Of a stretch of 64,000 nucleotides of DNA, positions 25,956 to 36,166 are shown in pieces. A program made the position numbers and the translations under genes. This DNA comes from Paraspadella gotoi (lineage: Eukaryota; Animalia; Chaetognatha): assembly GCA_051294375.1 (NCBI GenBank), contig CM119269.1, forward strand, positions 6,309,919 to 6,373,918, given 5' to 3'. How positions within the stretch are numbered: position 1 is the stretch's first letter; every line of letters starts with the position of its first letter. Below the pieces are notes generated by a model. That model searched no databases, was not told the DNA's origin, and saw nothing but the letters and a program-made list of their open reading frames with translations.

Positions 25956-27485
25956 ATTCGCGAAGTATAAGCATATGTAACGCGCGAGAGTGATTTACTT
26001 TATATACGTTGGATCGAAGCGGCGTCGATTATTTTATCTCTTTCGCTCGGAGAAACGTCGAAGTGGCTGATGCCGACGCGTTTGCGCTCGACCTTTTCGC
26101 TTCCCAGATTGAAACCAGTTTTAATGATAAAAAATAATCGAAATACAAAACTAAAGACATTTCCCTTCGCCCCCCATTTTCATCTTTGGAGAGAGAGAGG
26201 CATATATCGAGGAAGAAGCACGAAAATGCCGATTTTTTTTCCCCTTTTTTTAGATTTTTCTAAAAAAATTGTTCATAAATGGATTTGACGATTTTCATTG
26301 CATGCATTGATTTCTGCTCGCAGGATTGATGTTATTTTCGACATGTACCGTTTCCCTTTCCCTCCAAGCCCCTTATTTTTATTTCGGTGCGCGGATATTT
26401 CACCCTCTCCCCTCCTCGCCCCCGTTTCCAAACGAATCTCCGGCGTGTATTTTCTGCTGCATATTTTATTTTCACTTGGGTCTTTTCGAGTTCCAGTCCG
26501 AATCGGGAGTGAAAGATCTCGTGATTTAAACAAACTTATCAGTAATCACGACTCTTTTTCTCCCGCTCTTTACCCCTCGAGGCCATTCGCTCCCTCCCAG
26601 TTTTCGCCCCCAATCTCATTCCAATCCTACCTCCAGTTTAAGCGTTGGCTTCCCAACTCCCCCGTCCCCTTCCCCTACCCCGGCGATGACGGACGATGGA
26701 CTCGAAATGGTTTGTTTTCTACTTTGATGAAAGGATTTCAAAATGTTACAAGTCTGGAGATACATTGCGACTTGATTGTCTATTAATCGCGGAATTAGGC
26801 TCCGTTTAGTTACGCCGATCCACCGGCTCGTTGGATTTTTTTTTATATTGCGGAGATTCCCCAATTTTGCGAGATATGATTTCAACTCGCGAATTTTTAT
26901 TGTATAATACAAAGTTCAAAATTTCGTGCTTTGTTTACACTATCATGGCCACTTGATTTTTTTTTTTTAGTTCTTATTAAGGATTTCAAAAATGAATTTT
27001 ATGAGGTTTGTACAAAGTACATCGAGTTTTGTACGTCAAGAGGCTCTTTATTTATAGTTTTTACTTTGCTATAGATTTCATAGATAAATTACCAGTTTGA
27101 TTTTTTTTTTGTATGTCGGTAATGAAGACTTTTTGCATAATAGGCACCTCCTGCAATAAGAGATTTTTTTTCTTTCTCAGCATAATTTTCTTTCTCATTG
27201 GTTTTCACGTCTTCATTACTTTCGAGTTAATTTTACTTATGGAGTGGCATTGCATTTAAAAAAAAAATCGTTAAAACACTTTCTTCAAACGTATATATTT
27301 TGTTTAAACGTCAGAAAAGATATGATGGATCACAACACGAAAAAAAATAACAGTAATTTAAAAAAAAAACGAAAACACCCACACGTTGTACATATTTTAT
27401 GTACTTATCACCCTCTCTCTCTCATACTATTTGATTAGAAAGTCTCGTCCTCCATAATGATACAATTACTTCTTTCAATATAGAG

Positions 27486-29510
27486 ATGTCAGTGAAGTCC
27501 TTGACGTGCCTCGTTCGAGGCGGAAAGCGGTTCTATCGATCTTCGGCCGGAAAAACTTTTGTCTCGAACGCTCGTTGTTTCGGCCTCCCCTCGCGTTTAC
27601 CGGACTCGGCCACGCCCACCGCTCGAGGCTTCTCCACATCCTCCCGCCTCGAGGCGCAGTTTTATGATTCGGCGGCCGAAGCCGTCGCCGACATTTCCGA
27701 CGACTCCAGGCTTCTCGTCGGCGGTTTCGGACTCTGCGGAATTCCCGAGAACCTCATCGACGGCCTCTTGAAAAATGGCGTCAAGAATTTGACAGGTGAG
27801 ATGAACAAATTTGTGGAAACGACCGATGAAAAGCGATTCGTCTAAATCCCTCGACTCGACTCGACTCAGCGGTGAGCAACAACGCGGGCGTCGACGACTT
27901 TGGCCTCGGCCTTCTTCTCAAAACGCGGCAGGTGAAAAGAATGATCTCTTCATACGTGGGCGAGAATCGTGAGTTCGAGCGCCAATACCTCAGCGGCGAA
28001 CTCGAGGTCGAACTTACCCCGCAAGGCACGCTCGCAGAGAGGATACGCGCCGGCGGCGCCGGAATTCCAGCTTTCTTCACGCCGACCGGTGAGAGACCGG
28101 ATTTTGATTTTTGATTTAATTTCTAAATGTGTGCAAATTTTGCTATCTCTAATTTTGTTTGGTTATCTTAGGGGAAGTTTAGAATATTAAAAAATAATCA
28201 CTATACTAATAATTAAATAAATATAAATAAATAGATTGGTTTAAACCAATACAATAAAAATTCGCCCATTCAATAAATAAGCAACCTAGCTTATCGAACT
28301 TTACTTATATTTTGAATTTGTATTTAACAAGATATAACTAAGAACTGACTATCATCTCTGCTAGCTTACGGAACGCTCGTCCACGAGGGTGGAGCTCCAA
28401 TCAAATACTCTCCCGAGGGTTCTGTTCTCATTCCATCCACCCCGCGCGAAAGTCGCCAGTTCGCTGGGCGACATTACATCATGGAAGAAGCGATCACGGG
28501 CGACTTCGCCCTCGTCAAGGCCTGGAAGGCGGACAAAATGGGAAACCTCGTCTTTCGCAAGACGGCGAGAAACTTCAATGAGCCCATGTGCAAGGCGGGT
28601 CGGGTCACCATCGCCGAGGTCGAGGAAATCGTCGAGACTGGCGAACTAGACCCTGAGTCCATTCACGTCCCATCCGTCTACGTCCAGCGGGTGGTACATT
28701 CGCACCAGCTGCAGAAGCGGGTCGAGCGCCTGACTCTGAGTCAGGAATCAAACACTAACGCCTCGAACAACGCAGTTTCGCCGGCTGAGGCCATGCGGGA
28801 AAAAATCGTACGCCGGGCCGCGCGAGAGTTCCGCGACGGCATGTACGTCAACCTGGGCATTGGTATGCCAATGCTCGCGTCGAACTTTCTTGAGGACGGG
28901 ATCACTGTGCACTTGCAGAGCGAGAACGGAGTACTGGGTCTTGGACCTTATCCCGCAGAGGCTGAGGTTGACCCCGATCTGATCAACGCTGGGAAGCAGA
29001 CTGTCACCGTCGTCCCCGGCGCTTCTTATTTTGGAAGCGACGAGTCCTTCGCCATGATCCGTGGCGGCCACATCGACATCACCATCCTCGGCGCCATGCA
29101 GGTCTCGCAAAGCGGAGACCTTGCCAACTGGATGATCCCCGGCAAGATGGTCAAGGGCATGGGCGGCGCCATGGACCTTGTCGGCAGTGGGGGGAGCAAA
29201 GGTTAGAGGATTTTGTTTTTTTAAACTTAGTTATCACAATAATTTAATGTTATTGTTTTTACTTGTTCCAGTTATCGTGACGATGGAGCACACCGCCAAG
29301 GGAAAGCCTAAGATCTTGCCGGAATGCACGCTCCCCCTGACGGGCAAAAACTGCGTCGACATGATCATCACGGAGTTAGGAGTTTTCGAGTTCGCGGACG
29401 GAAAAATAATGTTAACGGAGATTGCGGATGGCGTCACCGTTGACGAGGTCGTCAAAGCCACCGCGTGTTCCTTCAAAGTTGCCGACGAACTGCGACCCAT
29501 GCTTCAATGA
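27486..29510 (+). CDS. OXCT1: Succinyl-CoA:3-ketoacid CoA transferase, mitochondrial
   Basis: Mitochondrial presequence, [37 protein letters not shown], catalytic SENG and [11 protein letters not shown]. Confidence 0.97.
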
Positions 29511-30184
29511 CCCCTTATTTAAACTAAATTGTCCCCTTTTTTCGTTCTCAAGCGCTTCGACGGGTTACATTATCTTGTCAAATTATACATCTCGTCTTTT
29601 GTGATACTATCAAATTTTTTTATCACCACGCTGAAAAATTACTTAAAGAGTTTGTGAGCAAAGCCGGAACTTCTCACAGGTTTTTAATAATGTGAAGTTT
29701 TTTATTTTAATTTTGGATCTTTTGAGTTTACTTAGCTACCGAGATTCCCTCACAAATTAGCATGGAAAATAAAAATCGTATGACAGACAAAATAAACTTA
29801 CACGACTCAGTCGAAACTAAAGTGATTTCAAGCTCAAACATCTACTTTCCTACCGACACAAAAGTTTACTCAATCCATCCATCCGATCACGAGTAATTGG
29901 AGTTCAATGCTTAAGGTGGATGGACGGATATCATTTTTTTGCATATTTTTTTGCCCCCTAACAATTCGACGTTCTGAAATGATTTAGGTGACTGACCGAC
30001 ATAACTATAAGAGGTAACCGACACTGACAAAGTGACTTAAGATCCAGAATTCGCAACAAGAAGATTCGATTAAAAATGTTAAAAAACAGAATAAATAAAT
30101 GGAAACTTCATTCCAGTCTGAAAGTCATTTTTTTATTAATTCGTTTGTTTTTCAGTCTGTAAAAAATATAAACCTCAAAAGGCA

Positions 30185-33100
30185 ATGTCGTCTTCACAGA
30201 GCCTTTTGGGTCTCGTGACTCAGTTACAGTCCATGGAAATGAATTTGACGTCGGTGCTCATGGAAGCCGCGCTTAAACTTGCCTCGTTAACAGGTGCGTT
30301 TACGTACATTTTAGTTTGATTTTTTGAGAAAATTGCAAATTTCGAAAATCCATCTTCATTTTCCAGACGCGAGCGTCTTTTTTCTCATCGAAACGCCAGA
30401 AGGTCGACGGTTTGCCGGAAGGCATCATCTCTGCGACGCGTATCTGCGTGGATGTCTCTGTCCTCTTCCCGATGACAAGGAACTTGAGGTCGACATTAAC
30501 GTGTCGTCGCTGAGGGAGAAGTCGCGGCCACCGATGCCAGATCCTGGTGAATGATCGATGATTTACGAATTTAAGTCATTACTGATAACAGGGTCTTATG
30601 TTTCATCATACTATGGCAACGGGGAGACATGTGTGATGCCCGGGGTGTGAGGCAACTCCCGACAGCTGGTTGTCCAGCTTTTCTCTATCTTTTTTTCTCT
30701 TTCTCTCTCCCATACACGCAGTTTGTTTGTTTTTATTAACAATGAATGACCAATGACCATCGCGTCAATGAATGACGATCATCGCATCAATGAATGACTA
30801 TCATCGCGTCAATGAATGATTATCATCGCATCAATGAATGATTATCATCGCATCAATGAATGATTATCATCGCATCAATGAATGATTATCATCGCATCAA
30901 TGAATGATTATCATCGCATCAATGAATGATTATCATCGCATCAATGAATGACTATCATCACATCCATCATTTGGTTATCATCGCATCAATATTTGGTTAT
31001 CATCGCATCAATAATCAATTAATATTACATCAATCAATCAATTACTATTACATCAATCATTCGTTATCGCAACAATCATTCGTTTTTTTTTTCTGGAATT
31101 TTTCATTAATTTTCTTTGATAGTCTGCCGAGATCACTATACTTTCAAGATTTTTTTTCAATGTATGCAATACTTCATTCAGCGAACGATCGCGCCCTCGC
31201 TTCCTTGCCCAACGTGTCTTCCCTTCCTCCGTCTATCCGCCAGTCGCCCTCCGGCCGGAAACGTCCCTCCCCTTCGGCCGCCTCTTCCTCCTCGCCTATC
31301 AAACAGTTAAAGACGAACTCTTCCCGCGCCGGAAGCGTCGCCTGCAGCTTCTTCAACGCCGCCTCTCCCGTCCTAAAACGAGAGGCGGTGGACGTCAAGT
31401 CGGAGGCTTACGAGATTGACGACGAGGACAGCGACATCGAAGAGATTTTTGCAGTGGAGAGCGAAGAGGCGGTCGGCGGCGTCGGTGCCTTCGATTTTGA
31501 AGGAGCAGGCAGAGGCGCCATTGCTCCCAACGGCCTGGCGGTGGAATTAGCCGGCGCTTCCGGGATGGAAAGCGTTCTCAACCAATCGGAACTCGAATCG
31601 GTGGGTATCAAAACGGGCAGGTCGGGTTATGGGTGGGGCGGAAGAGGAGGCTTGCGATGGTTGGACCGATGATTTTTTTTCCATGGTTTCTTTTTCTTCG
31701 TACTGGCGGCGGTCATTCAAAGCAAGTTTGCCCAGTCTCGACCCCCGATCGGTGCGATGAGGCTTTTTTTGGTGGCTGACAAGATCCTTTCCTCCTTTCT
31801 CGCTCTTTTTCTTTTGTTATGTGTCTTCTCTATCTTACTCTTAACTGGCTCAACTTATTCGTCCTTTTCTTTCTTCTGCTCTCCCCTCCCCTTTCAAACC
31901 ACAGGAAATAATGTCTTGGGTCGAGACTTGGGTCCAGAGCAACGTGAAAGCGGTAGCGGTTCGGTCCATTGCCGACCCAGCCGCGCTGAGCGGTGAGAGA
32001 GGCGGCGAGCGCCGCCTCCTCAGTTCCCTCTGCTACGACTTTGGCAAAGATTTCGCCGTCAAGTTTCGCGGCGGAGGCAACCGCCGCTTCGCCTTTCGCC
32101 TTTTCTGGGCACAATTTCCTAACTTGCACGTCCACCTGGGAAAAGATTTCGACTACGGCGGCCGACCGAGGACGTTGATGGTCTGGTGCTCCGCCATGGT
32201 GTCCACGGCTGTGTCGAGGACGAACCATCGGGCGGCCGTTTTGAGCCGTGATCGCGTTCGTTTAGAAATCGGTTGAGAGAGGAGCGAGCGAAAGAGAGAG
32301 GGAGTTTGGAATACTTGATGAATGGAGTGTTGCTTTCTTCACCAGGTTTAGATTGATTTTTAAAAAGCAGAAAAAACCCTTCGTTAGCGGGAAAAAAAAG
32401 TGTATTCCTCTCCGTTTTTTCCAGGCGATGGTTAAATGGGTCCGGGAGGACTTTGTCAAGAGCAACCGAAAGTTCTCCCCTCTTTCTCAGATCAGTGACC
32501 CCGCTTGTCTGTACGATAAGAACACGATCGAGCGGAAGTTGATGAGCTCCCTGTGTTACGAGTTCGGGAAGGAGTTTGTCGCGCGCTTCTCCGCGCTTCA
32601 ACTCTCCCGCCGGACGGCTTTCGAAACGTTCTGGGCTTGTTTCGAAAACCTTCATCCCTACGACGACTTCATCTGCGAATTTAAGGAGGGTCAGAGAAAC
32701 TTGAAGAGCATGTGCAACGCCGTCTTTTCCACGGCCGTCTCGTACACCAAAAGAAAAGTGGTCGCGTCTTGAATCTCTTTCAGTTCGCGCCCCTGCCGCT
32801 CCCCACGTTGACTGCAGTTCGGTGTATTTTATTTGGGAATCAGCATTAATTATCTGTACTTGATCTTTCATTGAATTTTTCTTAAATTTTAAACGTTTTA
32901 CTAGATGAAAATCCAATTTAAATTTTTTTTTTCTCCGTTTCTATTTGCAGGCCATGGAATCATGGTTTTGGAATGTCTTCTTACAAAATAATCTAAAGAT
33001 CGAAGCGGTTAAATCTATTCAAGACGCGAATTGTCTGACGGAAAAAAGTACTAATGAAAGGAAACTCTTGAGCTCGCTCTGTTACGATTTGGGAAAAGAA

Positions 33101-34247
33101 TACGTAGAAAAATTCATGCATCCGGCCGTTTCTCATAAAATATTGTTCGATCTTATGTGGGGTTATCTCAGCAACTTGCACCAATTTCAACTTCACATCG
33201 TAGCTCATAAAAGTAGAAGAGTCAAATTGAAAACTCTGTGTTTAGATTTGTTTTCCTCGTCGATTTCTTACCGACGAAGCGTTTCAGTCGGAAAAAACCA
33301 TTAAAAATAGCAAGATGCTAAATTGAATTTCCATTATTTGGAATGTGTCATAATTTTTTCTCTCGAATAAAAATTTACTATAGAAACTTTAGAGGAATCT
33401 TCTTTTCCTTTGCTTTTCAGAACTTGTGGAAATTTGACGACTTTGTCCGTAACAACATAAAGTATGAGGCTTTAAAACAAATTCGAGATGAATCGATCGT
33501 TAATAAGGACTCTGCCTCCTGGAAAATATTCAATAGCGTGCTGTACGATTTCGCCAAGTCCGTTTCTGTTCATTGTAGAGACATGGAAAAGCGCCAAGTC
33601 GGCGCTTTTTTGAACATCTGTTTCCGCCAGTTTTGGGAAAATACACCCAACTTAAAGGACTTGCACGACGCTGGACTGGGGGCTAATTTAGGAAACGCTT
33701 ATCTCAAATTAAAAGCTTTTGCTCGTAATCGCGCTCGCAGCCTTTTGAGTAGTATGTTGAAAAAGTTTACGCAGCCTTAAGCTGAATATTGTTTTTTTAC
33801 GAAGTTTGTTTATTATTAAAAAAAATGTTTCATCGATTTTTAAAATGAAGTACTATTTAGCCTAAGTTAAGATTCAACCTCGTTTTCTAGGTGGCTTGGA
33901 TACATACGGAGTTTATCACTCAAAGCCCCAAAGTCCAATCCATTTTACAAATAAGCGACACGAGTGATTTAAAGTTCCGCGGAACAGTTACGAGAAAAGT
34001 ATTGGATTCATCTCTGTACGATCTGGGAAGATTAGTAGCGCTCAAATGTCCTTTCGATGACCCTAAGGGGGCGGCGGCGAAATCTTACCTGAATTTAGTC
34101 TACAATCGATGGTTCAATTCCTTTCCTAATTTCGATCTATTCAAAAATGACATGATTAATTATTCCGACGCTCGTCAACTTTCGGTGACGGCCTACATGA
34201 AGCAATACATTTACAAAGTATTGCTGTCTGTCAAAAAGCGTCAATAA
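30185..34247 (+). CDS. Novel gene with constant exons 30185-30293, 30367-30546, 31182-31600 and five alternative paralogous terminal exons (31905-32276, 32425-32772, 32951-33304, 33421-33780, 33891-34247)
   Basis: One phase-0 donor at 31600/31601. Each terminal exon has a pyrimidine tract plus AG, is phase 0, ends in its own stop and encodes a homologous domain of about 115-120 aa (I.D…RKL.SS..YD.GK…FW..F.NL). Confidence 0.85.
30680..31157. mobile_element. Dispersed minisatellite-bearing element, copy 1, with tandem 22-bp AATGAATGATTATCATCGCATC units at about 30741-30966
   Basis: Both ends (CT-rich…CATACACGCA and TCGTTATCGCA…GAGATCACTA.ACTTT.AAGATTTT) are shared with the copy at 40860-41512. 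Confidence 0.7.
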
Positions 34248-34606
34248 AAGTTTTCGAGATTTTTTTTCGTTTGTCCTGTCGCATATCTACTATATTTTTA
34301 TGTACTTTTGTTGAAAATTTAATCGTCAATAAACGAATAAATTATTGAATCCATCCCAGTTTTGTTTTCAAATATTCATCGCCTCGTTGATTTTGATCGA
34401 ATGGCTCCTGTTTTTACATTCTTCGTCTAGTTCTTAAGTTTTCTTTTCCCTGAAACGGAATCGACGAATAGAATCGACTCGGGCGAGTAACTACTTACGA
34501 GGGACTCCATTGTTTTTCTCACACGAACGGGTCCCGCGGCGTCGCCTCCTAGACTCGTTCTCTCTCATCCACGATTGCCGGCACCTCGTTCCGCCCTCTG
34601 GTGACG

Positions 34607-35265
34607 ATGTCCGTGGCGACGGCCCGCGTGCCTTCCAAGAAGCAGACGCTGGACGAGGCTTATTCACCGCCCGCCAACTTTCTGGAGATCGACGTGGCTG
34701 ACCCGGCGACTCACGGCTTCGCCAAGACCCGTTACACGGACTACGAGATCCGGATGAAAACGAATCTGCCCGTGTTCAAGATGAAGGTGAGACCGTATTC
34801 TTCAGTTTTAGCTACTTTCTTTTGTTTAATGTCAGCTGACCAAAGGTTGATCATGTTAAAATAGTGTAATCTTTCAATTTTCAGGAATCTTCGGTCAGAC
34901 GCCGCTACTCCGACTTCGAATGGCTCCGAGAAGAGTTGGAGCGAAATTCCAAGATCGTCGTTCCCCCTTTGCCTGGAAAGGCGCTCAAGAGACAACTCCC
35001 CTTCCGCCAGGTGGACGTCGTTGAATTGACAGTAAATTTAGATTAACATTGAGATCGAGCTTTTCTAATGGAATCCTAATTCTTCCTCAAGGACGACGGA
35101 ATCTTCGAGGACGAGTTCATCGAGGAGCGTCGCAAGGGCCTAGAGTCCTTTATCAACAAAGTCGCCGGTCATCCTTTGGCACAAAACGAGAGGTGCCTCC
35201 ACATGTTCCTTCAGGAGCCCACCATCGACAAGAACTACGTTCCCGGAAAAATCAGGAACACCTGA
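34607..35265 (+). CDS. SNX3: Sorting nexin 3/12 (PX-only)
   Basis: AYSPPANFLEIDV, RYTDYEIRMKTNLPVF, VRRRYSDFEWLR, PPLPGKA, FIEERRKGLESFINKVAGHPLAQNERCLHMFLQ. Confidence 0.96.
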
Positions 35266-36166
35266 TCGTCCGGATTCGTGGACGGAGATGCAAGAACTGT
35301 CGCGCACGATGCGACGAAAAAAAAAGGGGGGGGCTGAACAGTTTATTTAGTTTATTCGTAGTCGCGATAGACATGGGACAGAGTCTTTGAATGTGTTTTG
35401 GTATGAGAAAAAAAAATTGCTACCGGTGATTTGTCAGTATTTCCCGATCGGATAATATTTAACGGTTTGAACAAAATAAATCTTATCTCAACAACTAGTC
35501 TTACAAAGTTGCCTCAACGTAGCTAACGCAACTCCAAACCCCTAATGCATAATTTTCGGGCCACATCTCGAAGGTCGACACATTCTTTGCTTCTTTTTTT
35601 CTTTTTTTTGTCGTATTCTCTTCCCACCTTCGTTATTAACTTGAAGAAGCAATCAGCATATATACAACTGTCCGAGCCGCCTTCTTTGCTCTTTGTTTCT
35701 GGTTTTATTGTAAGGAAAGAGGTTCTTATTTATTTTTTAGAGTTTAATCAAGATTAGATTATTTTTGTGCAGTAAAAAAATGCTTGAATTTATGAAAAAT
35801 TAAAATTTTAAAAACTTGTCACTCTAATAAATAAAAAATCTTATGAACAATCTGTGATCAAAATTTCCTCCCCGGGGTACCTCTTCCCTTAAGCACTTTT
35901 GTTTTTACAATTTGACTCGCAAAATCTCAAATTTCTACTCCCTTCCCTCTAACGCCCAAACAAAGTCGTTAATTACATTCTATCATGTACTGTAAACTGT
36001 ATGGAATAATGATCTGTATGCTATAATTATCACTTAGAATTTTACCGTACATTTTCTTTATGCCTAGGTTTTATACACTTAACTCGATCCGTGCCTTGTG
36101 TAGTAAAGATTAAACGAAAAATGAGATTTCGTTGACCCTTCTTTGGTTTTAACGTCAAAAAAAAAG

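Noticed and set aside
29740-30045. Possible Helitron-like non-autonomous element between OXCT1 and the novel gene
   Set aside because: Only a vague compositional resemblance; no second copy or defined termini in the window.
30741-30966. 22-bp direct repeats as a CRISPR array
   Set aside because: The repeats are head-to-tail with no unique spacers, lie in a eukaryotic intron and have no cas genes nearby; this is a minisatellite.
30926-31181. N-terminal part of ORF 30926-31672 as coding sequence
   Set aside because: It runs through the minisatellite element; the real exon starts at the phase-1 acceptor 31182.
32119-32916. 265-aa minus-strand ORF, and other long antisense ORFs such as 9989-10693 and 54759-55331
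   Set aside because: They are shadows of GC-rich or low-complexity plus-strand exons, cross plus-strand introns and show no family motifs.
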